DNA of 64,000 nucleotides, taken from the human T2T-CHM13v2.0 reference genome, Homo sapiens. Each line of letters opens with the position of its first letter. Position 1 is the first letter of the stretch. Positions 1 through 14,286 of this stretch are shown piece by piece. Under the pieces are notes generated by a model that ran no database searches, was not told where the DNA came from, and saw only the letters and a list, made by a program, of their open reading frames with translations. The translations under genes and the position numbers were made by a program. The stretch is taken from NCBI RefSeq assembly GCF_009914755.1, contig NC_060929.1; one strand, given 5' to 3'.

Positions 1-54
1 GATAGTTTTAAGGAACTTTGGAACTTTAAGTTATGAAAACTCATATTTCTTATC

Positions 55-180
55 TATTTATTTAATCTATTCATCTAAGAAACATTTAAAAAGCATCTAA
101 TACTTCTAGATTCCAGAGTAGTAAATGAAAATACAGCAATGAATAAGACCAATGCTTGCCCTCAAGAGACCATTTAATAG
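55..180 (-). mobile_element. L2 LINE 3' end relic
   Basis: attcatctaagaaacatt...atacagcaatgaataagac...tgccctcaagaga resembles the reverse complement of the L2 3' end. Confidence 0.5.
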
Positions 181-289
181 TATCAATTTCATACGCTTTT
201 TAAAGGTGTAGATAGAAAATCTTTTAAAAATTTGTTTTAAATATTTATCTTACTCATGCCAAAAAATGCATCCCTCTTTTAGTAATTTT

Positions 290-450
290 GGAGCAAACAT
301 CCCATTTCATCAGTTCCATAGGTAACTTTATAGAATTTGATGATATTCTTGCTCAGCTTCTGCTTTTTTGAGGATTTACCCATCCCATATGTTTTAGTCT
401 TCATACAGTGGCTGCCCACCTCTCCTACTTTTGATGATGTAGAGGACATG
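290..450 (-). mobile_element. CR1/L3 LINE fragment (ORF2 C-terminal region)
   Basis: Minus strand reads KQKLSKNIIKFYKVTYG, resembling the CR1 motif KRRLRGDMIEVYKIMxG; preceded by ctgtatgaagactaaaa (YEERLK-like). Confidence 0.5.
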
Positions 451-1190
451 ATTGACTTTTCAGTGTGCATGTCAAGCTTGTGTTCTCAGAGTATTTTTAC
501 TGTCATTTCAGGTTCCTTTACTGGGTTGCAATTGATAGAGAATATATCTTGCTTGACTCTGCTCACAAAGGTTCCTAAGACCTCCCTCTAGTCTTAGCTC
601 ATTCACCTGTCTACTTGCTACTTACAGAATTTAGGTGGAGTTCATAATTTTAGAGATTATGCTAGAGAATTCCTTTATTCAATAATCTATGCAAATAATA
701 CAAGAAATGAATTTTAGTATTCATTCTTGAGAACAATTGTCATCCAAACAAGCATCTGTTTACTTCAGCCCCTTGCTTCCTGTCCATAAATTAACATCCT
801 CTTCATGAAAATCATCTCTATCATGGTTTCAATCTTGTCTCTTTCTCTATGTTGAACACCTACCTGGGAGCTTTCTTAAAAAATATGGAATGATTGGTGC
901 TGGGAACCCACCTCTTGAGAGACACACTGGTGTTGGATGACTGCTATGGCCCAAATACCTCTTACATGTATGGTGGCTAAATGTCAGCCCTGCACCACAA
1001 GAGAAATGAAGTGACATGATTTCTATAGTAGTTTTTTTGAAGAGTCTTAAATTTTATACCCATTGAAAAATCAAAAGAAGTTCCAGTTTTATAAAGAGAA
1101 AAAATTATGGTCCACTTCTCCATTCCCTAACTTACTTCACTGCCCCCCAACCCCCCAAAAAATCTTACAATGTGCCTTTTATACTCTCTG

Positions 1191-1507
1191 TCTTCTTCTT
1201 CTTCTTCTTAAATAGGGTCTCACTCTGTTGCCCGGGCTGGAGTGCAGTGGTACAATCACAGCTCACTGAAGCCTCAATCTCCCAGCCTCAAACTATCCTC
1301 CCACCTGAACCTCCTGAGTAGCTAGAAATACAGGTGTGCACCACCAGACTTGAATAATTTTTAAATTTTTATTTGTATTTTTTTTTTTGTAGACATTAGT
1401 TCTCACTATGTTGCCTGGGCTGGCCTTGAACTCCTGAACTCAAGCAATCCTCTTGCCTTAGCCTCCCAAAATGTAGGGATTACAGGAGTGAGCCACCACT
1501 CCTGGCC
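1191..1507 (-). mobile_element. AluJ with (TCT)n-converted tail
   Basis: agggtctcactctgttgcc...gctcactgaagcctcaa...ggattacaggagtgagccaccactcctggcc; J-type diagnostics. Confidence 0.93.
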
Positions 1508-1919
1508 TCTTATTTCCTTTTATAATTTTCTTACCCCATCAGAAGAGTCCATTTTAGGAAGGTCTTTAGACTCCATAATTATAATCAAAACACAATCGAT
1601 AACATTTATTTTCAAATCCTTTCTGATTCATTTTAGAATATTATGAAAATATGAATCTCTTAATTAGAACTCTTTTACTAGAAAAGTACTCCAAATAAAC
1701 TAAGAGTAAACAACTCTGTTTTTCTCTTTTATGACCTGCCTATTTGAAGTTATTATAACTAACATCCAGAGGCCAATGCCTCCTCCTCCAGGAAGCTTCC
1801 CATAATTTACTGTCTCCTCAACTCTTGACACACAGCACCTCTCCGAAAGACACACCCTGTAATTATCATATTTGAATCTGTTTTTAAAAATTATTTAAGT
1901 CTACTTTTGGGTATATTTT

Positions 1920-2055
1920 TTGTATTTATGTATTCGACAAATATCTACGGAGCACCTATTATGTGCCAGACCCTAGATCATGTTCTGGGAGCTCAGAGTA
2001 TAGGATTGAAGAAGAATCCTATACATTCCTTGCCCTCATGGAGCTTATGTATCAG
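1920..2055 (-). mobile_element. L2 3' end
   Basis: gacaaatatctacggagcacctattatgtgccag...ttgccctcatggagctta. Confidence 0.75.
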
Positions 2056-2269
2056 TACATTGCTTCATATTATAATAGTGCTATCTGTGTGATGGTAGAG
2101 GCTCTATCTCTCCATCTTTAGTTTCTAATGTTTTGCCTTGTGACACCTAATAAATTAACGTCCAATAAATACTAATGGTTGTTTGGCTTCCAGTGTAGTT
2201 TTTGCTGCCCACAGCCATTCACATTCTTCTGATAACAGTACCCCAGGTTTCTCTTGGGAAATTCACAGA

Positions 2270-2535
2270 AAAGCCTCATGGTTAAGTATTATTATCTGAA
2301 ATTGCCTGTGCTAAAATCTTGGCATGGCTATTTACCATCTCTGGACCTTGCTCAAAGTGCCCAGCTTCTCAGTATCTCAGTTTTCTCATACATAACATGG
2401 TGCCATTGACAGAACCAGCTTCCTAGGATTGTTATGAGCATTGAATGAGCTAATGCCTACTGCCTGTAAAGTGCTCAAGATGGTGCCAGACCATAGTGAA
2501 ATGCTACGTAACTATTTTTCTTTATGATTATTATT
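2270..2535 (+). mobile_element. MIR SINE
   Basis: Core ctcagttttctcatacataacatgg...taggattgttatgagcattgaatgag...gtaaagtgctc. Confidence 0.8.
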
Positions 2536-2599
2536 AATTCCTTTTTTGGGGAGCAATTATTCTGGGGACAATCAATCTCCCCTTCCCAACTTTTTAAGA

Positions 2600-2845
2600 G
2601 CTGCACACGACTTTCCCAGGACTTTAAATCTTGGAGCTTTTTTATCCCATGGGCAGTGCCCTAATAATTCTCTCTTAGTTTCTGCTACTTAGGTCTCCAA
2701 GGTGCCCTGGTTTCTGACCTTTCCAAGGCTCGCTCTTCAGCCCCCTATGGCTTTCAAGAGCTATTATATACCCTTGCAATAAAATCTTTGTTTTCTTAAG
2801 TTAATCAGCATCTGTATCAGTTGCTTGCAACCAAAAACCCTGAAG
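2600..2845 (+). mobile_element. Ancient ERVL/MaLR-type LTR, 3' part
   Basis: aataaaatctttgttttcttaagttaa...gttgcttgcaaccaaaaaccctga matches old ERVL-type LTR ends. Confidence 0.45.
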
Positions 2846-3549
2846 TTGATATAATACAATGGTTCGTTGTAACCTTCATCTGTGCAGTGAACAGCAGTTC
2901 TCCTCAGAAAGTTAGTGAGAGTTTTGCCTCATCTTAAATTTAGGGAGCAGATTATATAGCCAAAAAGTTGTAGTTGATACACTCTAGTGCTCTCTCCAGT
3001 ATTAATAATTCCTTTTACTCTTTAGAATGTCTTAACCTTTGACTCTTAACATCACCCTGTCAAAAAAGATATCTGTGTTTATGTGAAGAAAAGTTTGCAT
3101 AAAAGTTTTATTATGAAAAGTTTTTTTATTTATACCAAGATTTTAAAGAGTACTATGATGTTGGGATGTAGTCACTGTTTAGATTCACTTTTCCTACTGT
3201 CCATGGGAAAGGCAAGAGTGAGGCTGACCCAAGGCCCCATTGCCACCAGCTACATGTGAGATTGGCTGGGTTGTTACATCCATAATAGGCTGACCTGGTA
3301 ATTTCAACTGATATGATGGTGAGGCTGGTACACTCTGTTTTCCTCACTTACTTCCCAGAAAGAAAATTTTCCCATGGTTAAGATTACTCTTAGGTTACTA
3401 ATCTGTAGAACTCCAAGAGGTTATTTGTAAGGCAGAATTTAAGCGTCATGATCAAAATCTTTACATCTGGACAAGAGTTCCCAAAAGGGGTAATGATGAT
3501 TTCACTGAATCTCTTAGCAGAGTAACAGGGAGGAATTGAGGAAAGACTA

Positions 3550-3715
3550 TGTATTAGTTTTCTACTGCTGCTGAATTAAATTACCAGAAAATTAGACTTA
3601 AGACAACACAAATTTGTTACCTTACTTCATATCTGCAAAGTCACTTTTGCCATGTAAGATAACACATTGAGAGGTCTTGGAATTAAGGTGTGAACATCTT
3701 TGTTAGGCCATCATC
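3550..3715 (-). mobile_element. MLT1 (MaLR) LTR with large internal deletion
   Basis: tgtattagttttctactgctgc...acaacacaaattt joined directly to tatctgcaaagtcacttttgccatgtaagataacac. Confidence 0.7.
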
Positions 3716-3864
3716 CGGCAAGTGTTCCACGGCAGACTATAAAGGGTTACTGAGGAAAAGGGAACCCCAAACAATTCACCAACCTGCAGCCCTACCCTTC
3801 ATAATTTCCTGGATCACTACACTGAAGTGTCCCAAACAATCCAAATGTCTCTCCATGATTAAAT

Positions 3865-3899
3865 ACACACACACACACGGAAAAAGAGAGAGAGAGAGA
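3865..3899. repeat. (CA)n/(GA)n compound microsatellite
   Basis: acacacacacacac ggaaaa agagagagagagaga. Confidence 0.85.
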
Positions 3900-5334
3900 A
3901 AGGACATCTATGCAGCCATTGTCACATGGTCGTAGATCTTGATTTACTGGCATACAGACAGTGAAGCATGTGGATTACCAGTCATCCTGTTCTGCATGCT
4001 CCCTTACAAGTAAAAATTATAAATCATGAGCATTTATCTAGAGAGAGAGAGAGAAGTACGAAGAAAGGTCACCAATATGTGAAAACTTGCTTTTTCCTGT
4101 GTAGTATGAGTTTGAGTTATTTTTACATTTCTGTTTTGTATTTTTTTCAGTTATTTCAATGTTTTAATAATATCTTTGTTTCATTAACAATATAACTTTT
4201 AAAAGGCAGAAAAAATGAGGTGGCAAAATAGCAGGACTCCAAGAGGTTATTTTTTACCTCTAAAAAGTGTGAAGAAAATTAAATTGCTATACATTGAGAG
4301 TCCTGGCATTGAGTAAATGATGGGAAAATTGTTCCATTGAATGGCAAAAGAACAGATTTAAGGTGCGAGGCAATGCAGTGAAAGTCAGAGGGGTAGACAG
4401 AACTTTTTGCTCCTGATGCAGCATTACTCCAGGTGCTCAGAAGTGAGGGCAGAGAAAACACTTAGTGTTTTCTTTTTACACTTCTCCATCTATCGGTTGA
4501 TGGACAGACAAGTCATTGGTCATTTAGGGGACAGGTTGAAGAGACAGTAGGGAATCAAGTGTGTAGAGTCCAGACAAAATAGCATGTATGTGATTTTGAA
4601 CCAAATACAACTTTTGCAAAACTTGGGAAAACCAATTTTCAGTGATGTGCATCATCTGGAGGCAATGGTAATGTCCACAAGCATGTCTACATCTGCCAGT
4701 CAACAGACGGGAAACAGATTAATAGGTGAATAGACTGGTTTCTGCATTTCATTTTAATGGTTATTTGTTCACTATATCATGGGTTATTGATAAAGCAGAA
4801 AACCATATTTTTGTACAAAAATCATCTGTTTTACTATCTTCAGATAGTATGTGACTACTAAGAAAAACCACAAATCACACAGAAAATAGGACAAAGAGCA
4901 ACAGTAGGAAAACTCAGATTGGCATTGGTTCTAAGTTCTCAAGGATTTAGTCTTATCTAGTGGCATGTTAGATACACAGAGAGACAACTTTTAATGGTCA
5001 TGTGAGACTCTCTGGGGCCCAATAACTCAGTGGCCACCTTTTCTGGAGAGTTCTGCTAACTAGACTGCACTTCACACCACACTACTCATGAGCATTGATT
5101 CAGTAGTTCATGTGATGCTACAGTTTAGATTCTGTACCTCTGCATATCCATCAAAGATGCCACAGCATAGGCTGTGGCTTGGCTGCCATAGACCCTCCAC
5201 AAACCATGGCAAAGTCTTTTTTTTCCTTCCTCCCATTCCCTTCTACCTCAACTAGCCTCATTATCACATTTGGCCTGAGTATATGTGAGGAGGTAGGGGA
5301 CTAGAATCTCACTTGACATCATGCTTTTCTTTTT

Positions 5335-5910
5335 CCTTGTACTTACCAAAGTTGTAACTATACATTTTTTATGTGATTACCTTTTTTAATATGTGCCTCC
5401 TTTACTAGATGATAGGTTCCACAAGGCAAGTAAATATGTTTGCTTGATCAGTGTCTCAGTCATTTTGTGCTACTATAACAAATACCACAGATTAGGTAAT
5501 TTTAAAAAAAAAGAAGTTTATTTTGCTCATGGTTCTGGAGTCTGGGAAGTCCATGATCACCACACTGTCATTTGGCAAAGGCCTTTGTGCTGTGACAGCC
5601 AATGGCAGAAATTGGAAGGCAAGAGAGGGTTAAGAGAGAGCAAGCAAGAGTGCATCCCATTCACTTTTACAACAACCACCTGCTCTTGTGGTAATGAACC
5701 CCCCTCCCATGAAAATGGCATTAATCTATCAATCCATGGTCTAATCACCTCTTAGTGGTCCCACTGCTTAATATTGTCACAATGGCAATCAAATTTCAAC
5801 ATGAGTTTTGGTGGGGACATTTAAACCATAGCAATCACCATTTTATATCTGGTACTTAACCTAATACTGGGCACCTTGTAGAAATTCAGTAAATATGTCT
5901 TGACAAATAA
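5335..5910 (+). mobile_element. L2 3' end interrupted by an MST LTR
   Basis: ctagatgataggttccacaaggcaag...ttgatca, resuming after the LTR as ccattttatatctggtacttaac...cagtaaatatgtcttgacaaataaa. Confidence 0.65.
5452..5833 (-). mobile_element. MST (MSTB/MSTC-like) MaLR solo LTR
   Basis: tgtctcagtcattttgtgctactataac...aaatttcaacatgagttttggtggggacatttaaaccatagca; imperfect 5-bp TSD ATCAG/ATCAC. Confidence 0.9.
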
Positions 5911-7199
5911 AAGGTTGTCAAGGCAAAATGTGAATTATGCCTTCACCATAGTGTGGCATGGCAAAGACAGTTTAACTCACAGACTACTTGACTTCTTTCT
6001 TCCCTGCTGGGGTGGTGGGGGGCATTTGTCTATGGGGAGATTATAGCTTCATAACTACATAAGAAATCCTTTCATTTTAGAGATAAGGAATTTCAGGTCA
6101 GAGAAGTTTAATTACTTATTGGAAGATCTAAGGAACTTGCTGCTGAGCCTACTTCATCAAGGATAGTGATGGAGTCAGTCAGGGATGGACTTGGCACAAG
6201 AAGTAGGTCAACTTGGCTTTTAGACCAGGACTCCATTCATTAGATCCTGATGTTTCTGGCACAACATTAACCAAGAATCACATCGCAAGACTTCTTTTCT
6301 GATTGCATAGGCTAAGAAATTAATCTTAACAGTTTGAACAGATAATGATTAGATAAACCCAACTTGGAGAAGTTTATTAGAAAAGACTTGGCAGTGGAAC
6401 AAATAACCTCCTCCTTAATCCCTAAAACCAGGCGACCATCAAGCTATACATCTTCAGTGATTAAGCTCTTCGGGCTGCAACATATAAACCTTCCCTTCTG
6501 CCTTTTTCTCCTGCTTTCTAGAGTGATTCATGTCTGTAGAGATGCTGCTGCTGCAAGGAAAATGTGAGCCTCTCTGATGACAGTTGTTGCAACAAGAAAA
6601 AGACAATTTTAGAATTATTGCTATTATCTCATGTGAGACATGCTGACAGCCTCTTTCCATCTTGCCACCATAATCCCATTAGATTTTACAAACTTTGCAA
6701 GGACAGCCTTGAGGCCATGGCTGAGATAAAGTACTTTCAGGAATGTTTCTTTTCTGCAGCTAGAATCATGCCTCATGTTTCAGGGGGTTTGTAAAAACAG
6801 ATTCTGTCCATAAATGATAGAAAATCCTAGAATTGCAACAGGGTAGCAAAGGACTTCAGAAGTCATCAAATGATTTCCCCTTCCATGTATAGTGCATGTG
6901 AAGAAGAGGTTTTATGAAAATGAAAATGATAGATAATTAATTAATTAATAATGCCAAAGGTTTCCTGGGGAAAAGCAACTCTCTAACTTTCCTAATGAAT
7001 CTCTTAGCCTATTCCAGAGCATTCTGGTGCATGCTATATGAGTAATTGTGAGCTATTGTAATTCTCTTCTGGCCCTTCTCACAAGGAAGTCTCTGCTACA
7101 ACAAACAGTGACAAAAGCCTGAGCAATAATTTGTTGCTATCGATACTCCTACGCTCCCATCTGTTAGCACTGTGTTTTTTATTTTAATTGGTGGGTGAA

Positions 7200-9479
7200 T
7201 ATGAACAGAACGAAAACCAAAAACTACGTGATCATCTCAATAGATGCAGAAATAGCTTTTGATAAAATGTAACATTTTTCATGTCAAAACTCTTAACAAA
7301 CTAGGCACTGAAGGAGCATACTTCAAAATAATAAGAGCCATCTATAAAAAACCCACAGCCAACATCATACTGAATGGGCAAAAGTTGGAAGAATTCCCCT
7401 TGAAAACTGGAACAAAATAAGCGTGTCTTCTCTCACCATTCCTATTCAACATAGTTCTGGAAGCCCTAGCCAGAGGAATCAGGCAAGAGAAAGAAATAAA
7501 AAGGCATACAAATAAGAAGAGAGGAAGTCAAACTGTCGTTGTTTGCAGACGATAAGATTCTAAACCTAGAAAACCCCATAGTCTCTGCCTGAAAGCTCCT
7601 CGATCTGAACATGATTTCAGCAAAGTTTCAGAATACAAAATCAATGTATAACAATCACTAGCATTCCTATAGACCAACAACACCCAAGCTGAGAGCCAAA
7701 TAAAAAATGCAATACCATTGCAGTAGCCACAAAAAGAATAAAATACCTAGGAATATAGCTAACCAAGGAGGCAAAAGACATCTACAATGAGAATGACAAA
7801 ACACTGCTCAGAGAAATCAGAGATGATACAAACAAATGGAAAAACATTGCATGCTCATGGATAGGAAGAATAAATATTGTTAAAATGGCCGTACTGCCCA
7901 AAGCAATGTACAGATTCAATGCTATTACTATCAAACTACCAATTACATGATAGTTCATCACAGAACTAAAAAAAAAACGATTTTAAATTTCATATGGAAC
8001 AAAAAAGAGCCTGAATAGACAAGGCAATCCTACATAAAAAGAACAAAGCTGGAGGCATCATGTTACCCAATTTCAAACTAAACTACTAGGCTACAGTAAC
8101 CAAAACAGCATGTTACTGGTACAAAAACAGACACATAGACCAATAGAAGCAGAATAGAGAGCCCAGAAGTAAGGTCATACACCTTCGGCCATCTGATCCT
8201 CAACAAAATTGACAAAAATAAGCATTGGGAAAGGACTCCCTACTCAATAAGTGGTGCTGGGATAACTAGCTAGCCATATGCAGGAGATTGAAACTGGACC
8301 TCTTCCTTACACCATTTACAAAAATTAACTCAAGATGGTTTAAAGGCTTAAATGTAAAACCCAAAACTATAAAAACCCTGGAAGATAACCTAGAAAATGC
8401 CATTTTGGACACAGGAGTTGGCAAAGACTTCACGAAAAGATGCCAAAAGCATTTGCAACAAAAACAAAAATTGACAAATGGGACCTAATTAAACTAGAGT
8501 TTCTGCACAGCAAAACAAGATATCAACAGAATAAACAGACAACCTACAGAAAAGGGTGAAATATTTGCAAACTATGCATCTAACAAAGGTTTAATATCCA
8601 AAATCTATAAGAAACTTAAACAAATTTATCAGAGAAAACAACCCCATTAAAAAGTGAGCAAAGGACGTGAACAGACAGTTTTCAAAAGAAGCATACATGT
8701 GGCCAACAATCATATGAAAAAAAAGCCCAATATCACTGATCATTAGAGAGGTGCAAATCAAAACTACAATTAGATACTATCTCACTTCAGTCAGAAGGGC
8801 TATTATTAAACAGTAAAAAAAGTAACAGATTGTGGAAAAAAGGGAATGCTTATACACTGTTGGTGGGAGTTCAACCATTGCGGAAAGCAGTACAGCAATT
8901 CCTCAAAGAGCTAAGCAAAACTACCGTTTGACCCCGCAATCCCATTGCTGGGTATATACTTAAAGGAATATAAATCATTCTGCCATAAAGACACATGCAC
9001 ATGAATGTTTGCTGCAGCACTAGTCACAATAGCAAAGTCATGGAATCAACCTGAATGCCCATCAATGACAGACTGGATAAAGAAAATATGGTACATATAC
9101 ACTATGGAATACTATGCAGCCAGAAAAAAATGAGGTCATATCTTTTGTGGGAACATAGATGCAGCTGGAGGCCATTATATTTAGTAAACTAATGCAGGAA
9201 CAGAAAAACAAATACTGCATGTTCTCACAGCAGGAGCTGAATGATGACAATTCATGAACATAAAGAAGAGAACAGCAGCAGACACTGAGGTCTACTCGAG
9301 GGTGGAATGTGGGAAGAGGGAGAGGAGCAGACAAAATAACTATTGGGTACTAGGCTTAATACCTGAGTGATGAAATAATCTGTTCAACAAACCCCCACAA
9401 CAGGGGTTTACCTATATAACAAACCTTCACATGTACTCCAAACCTGAAGTAAAATTAACAAAAAAAAAAAAAAGAATAA
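7200..9479 (+). mobile_element. 5'-truncated L1PA14/15-type LINE (ORF2 RT to poly(A))
   Basis: Degenerate ORF2 ([27 protein letters not shown]); 3' UTR gaggagcagacaaaataactattgggtac; poly(A) ~9460-9473. Confidence 0.93.
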
Positions 9480-10167
<688 letters not shown>

Positions 10168-10609
10168 GGAAAAGAGTGTTCTCTGCCCCAGCAGAGCTTA
10201 CAACTTAACCATTAATGTTAGACCACCTGCATACAATGTTGAAGAGCAATGACTTCTTTATCGTAGCTGATTTTGCAGTGTTAACTCTATTGCGATGCTA
10301 GATAAGTCTCTGAACATATTGAAAAAAAATTCATGGGTGAATGTCATGTTTCAGAACATATATATATCTGTAACTAATATATCTCTAACTAGTATTTATG
10401 TTAGACATCCACAGAATTTAATAATGGGATAAAGAGCCACGTTATACACATAAATACAATGAAGTCTTAGTTATTTGATGGCTTATGTCCTTTTATTTGT
10501 ATAATTGTCCCTAGTGTTTGTCCTGTTGCTCAATGTCTCACTACTTGGTTAGTTTTAGGTATTGTAATAGGAGTGAAGAATGAAAGAGAAACATAGGGTG
10601 ACTTTAAAA

Positions 10610-10922
<313 letters not shown>

Positions 10923-11207
10923 TAAATTTTATTTATGTAATCTTTATCACTTTCCTGGAGAGTGCTTACTTATGTCCAAGGAAGCTGTTATGTGCTGACA
11001 AGATCATGAGAGAAAAAAGTGAGGAAAAAATATCCAAAAGCTTGCAATATAGTAACATTAACACAAAGCAGCTAAGAGTAACGTAGATAGTCACAGTCAT
11101 TTCTGGCTGGGCTGAATTGTTATAGAAAATGGAATTAGAGCTGAGCATTAGAAGCATATTACATGCCTATGGAATAAAATCAAAAGGAGAAAAAGTCCTA
11201 TAGAATG

Positions 11208-11492
11208 TTTGGCGGTGATGGTGGTAGACAGAAGGGTGGTAGTTTAGGTGGTGATGGTAGCAGGAAGGGTGGCCGATGATGATAGTAATGGCAGCTGTGG
11301 TGATGGCGGTGATAATGGTAGTGGTGGGGAGGGTGGTGATGAGGGTGTGATGGTGGCGGTGTTTATAGTGGTGGTGGTGTTGTAGTGGTGGTTGGGAGGG
11401 GGGCTGTAGACTGGAAATAAGGACAGTGAACACAGTTGTAGTGAGAGAGCTGCCAGCAGTGACAATGATGGTATCATTGTGAGGGTAGTAGG
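11208..11492. repeat. Degenerate (GGT/GAT)n low-complexity tract
   Basis: ggtgatggtggt...gtggtggtggtgttgtagtggtggt... Confidence 0.85.
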
Positions 11493-13063
11493 GAGGCTGC
11501 TTAGGGGACTGTTTCTTTTCCAGCGACATTTCCAATTGTCTATAGATATTTATCGTCAAATGACAAAAGACAGAAAGAGACCCCTGCCATCCCTAAGGGA
11601 AATTCACTTTTGTTTACCCTGTCCCAGGACCTCATTTCACAACACAGTCCCACTTTGCAACGAATGTCTTTGTGCTATGAGTCAGACACATCCTCTTTCT
11701 TCCGTAAACGTTCTACAATGCTGGTTTGCAGTTCCAAGTACCAATAAATGGTAACAACAGATGGATATACCTTACCGGTAGATAGAGCAGACCCTTACTT
11801 GGCACGAAAATATTCTTTCTGGTTGAACGTAATGCTGATTGTTTTGTGACTAGATTACTAGGAAAAGGGAGCTTTCGAAGTGCGATTAGCTTCATTGCCA
11901 ATATATTTTTAAAATTCTTACAAAAAAGACATTACCTAAGTTCTTTGTCAGTTCAGAAAGAACAGTGTTTAATCCAAAATGTGCAGAGTGATGCCAAGGA
12001 AAATGTTCCCAATGGAGACTGGGGCTGCATTGGCTCCACATCTTTACTGAACTCAAATGTGGAACATGGTGTATTTCATTCTAGGTGGGAACAAAAAGCA
12101 TGTTCCTTGCATAGTGAAAGCTGTTCTCTCTCTGCCTCAGTTTCTTTCCTTCTCATTTTATCAAGTATTTAACATCTGTTTATTTCTAATCCCTATTGTT
12201 TAATGCAGGTTCTCCCAGAAGAAAAAATGCCCAACACAATATTTTCTAGCAATTGTCATTTGAATGACTGTAATAAAAGGATCAAAGTTTATTTGCCGTC
12301 TAGTCTCTCCTCTTTAGATCCATGGCTGTGTGCAGGAGGTGTTGCTGACATATTTCCAACAGCAACATCTGGCTCTCTGGCAGCCTGCTCTGCTAACTGT
12401 GCTGACCCATCGATGGCTCTAGAACTGTTCAGAAAACTCTGTATGGGTTGGCTGGAATATGTGGAGACCATTGGGTTTTTTGTTCATCCTCCAGGGTACT
12501 ATTTTTCTGTCAGTCACATTTCATTCTGAGGAATTTACTGTACTTGTCTGTGTCTATTTGAAATGAATAAGGAAACTCCTCATTAAATATTGGGATTTAT
12601 ATGGCCCAAATGGGAGTATTCCCAGTGCTGTATTTAGGATGGTAGAGGAGCCATGCTATTGGTTGAATTCTCCTTAAAATACTGATTTTCCCTGAGATGG
12701 TCTCTGGGTGTTACACATTCAAAAAGAAGCCAAGATGAATGTGGTTAGTTTGTTTGTTTTGTTCAGGGGATGATTTGGGGATATGTGGAATGCTCACTAA
12801 TATAAATTAAAGTTTTAGGGATTTATGTCAAAGTTTTCAAGGAAGAAAGCTCTTGATGGAGAAACAAAGTAGGGCTGAAATCTGGTGGAAAGGAGCCAGA
12901 TAGTATTAACAAGGAAAGAGGAAGGAAGTTGGGCTATGAGGCCAGATATATTAATTGAAGTTTGAAAAAAAAATGTTTTCTTGGATTCATGTGGAAAGGG
13001 AAGAAATAGTACTGAAGCTACAGTATGTTTCACTGCATGTACAGGTTTATGACATTAGTATTC

Positions 13064-13313
13064 ATTATTATAATAGTACCAACACTATATAGAGCTTGCT
13101 ATATGCCAGGTTCTGTTCTAAGCAAGTTTAACACATTAACTCATTTGATCCTCACCAGCAAACATATGAGATAGAAACTGTTTTATTACCCCCATCTTAT
13201 GGATGGTGAAACTGAAACAGAGAGTTTGAGTAACTTGCCCAAGACATAAAGATGGCAAATGGTAGAGTTGATATTTAAAGTCAGTCAATTTAGCTTCGGA
13301 GTCTGTTTCCTAA
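13064..13313 (-). mobile_element. MIR SINE, near full length
   Basis: tatatgccaggttctgttctaagc...ctcatttgatcctcac...cccatcttatggatggtgaaactga...gtaacttgcccaaga. Confidence 0.88.
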
Positions 13314-13554
13314 TACTCTGGGGTGGGGCTGAGGGTGATCGATGCAATGATGAAGTTTTTATGTAGAAATTCTTTACCCATGTGAATATAAATTGAGACT
13401 GATAGATTCATTTTAATGCAAAGCAAGTAATGAGATGGAACTTTCTAGGTTGCAGACATTGGGCCACAACTATAGCTATCTTCCCTGCTCCCAGGGGAAG
13501 TTACTTAATTGGCATGGAAAGGGGAGATGGCTTGGATAGTATCACATTAGAGCC

Positions 13555-13710
13555 AAAGATTTTGATCTGATAAACAAAGGAAATATTGCTCTGTCACAGT
13601 TTGTATTAAAACTTGCCTAATGTCTAGAAATGAATGGCTCTGCCACCCACTGCCTCATTAAAGGTCAACAATGCTTTATCTGTCAATTGATAAAGTGATT
13701 ATTGAAGTCT
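13555..13710. promoter_or_regulatory. Candidate enhancer motif cluster
   Basis: AAAGGTCA 13660-13667, AACAAT 13667-13672, inverted CTTTATC/GATAAAG 13674-13695 around TGTCA, TGATAAACA near 13568. Confidence 0.3.
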
Positions 13711-14177
13711 TCAAACAAATGACTACATGTGCTGATTACTCACTTCTGAAATGGTTGCAATACCTAAACGAGGAGCAGATGATGGTTGATAAAATTTGTA
13801 AAGTCCTCTAAGGCTTTCAGATAACAGGCCTGGTAGAAGTGCAAGTATGATTCTCACTTGCATTCCAGCCAGATGTAACAAAAATCCTGAGCATCATAAA
13901 CCTGCAGACAGAAGGAGTTCGGGGGGAAAATAGAGGCTTGCTCATAAGCCAGCTGTGCAGAGGGCTGGACTCCAGCTTCCAATCATGGGTGTGCAGCCCA
14001 GAGAATGTTGGCTGCCTCGGGGGCCAGCTGGCACATATGGGGACTGTGCTCCTGGAAATCCTGAAATGTCTGTCCGGGACTCCAGTGAATAGAATTTTGG
14101 TTAATGGAGGAGCAATCTCATCAGCCAGATTTCAGTCAAGCTGTTTTTTAAAGTCTTGTTAACTTCAACACGTGACC

Positions 14178-14286
14178 AATGGGGCTAATAATACCTGCCT
14201 CACAGGGTTATTGAGAGGCTTCAGTTAAATAATTGATACAAAGCACTTAGCACAAAGACTGGCCCGTGCTAAGAACTCAATAACTG
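14178..14286 (+). mobile_element. MIR 3' half
   Basis: aatggggctaataatacctgcctcacagggttattgagagg...aaagcacttagcaca. Confidence 0.8.

Noticed and set aside
11167-11559. His/Thr-rich ORFs
   Set aside because: Translation of the degenerate (GGT)n tract
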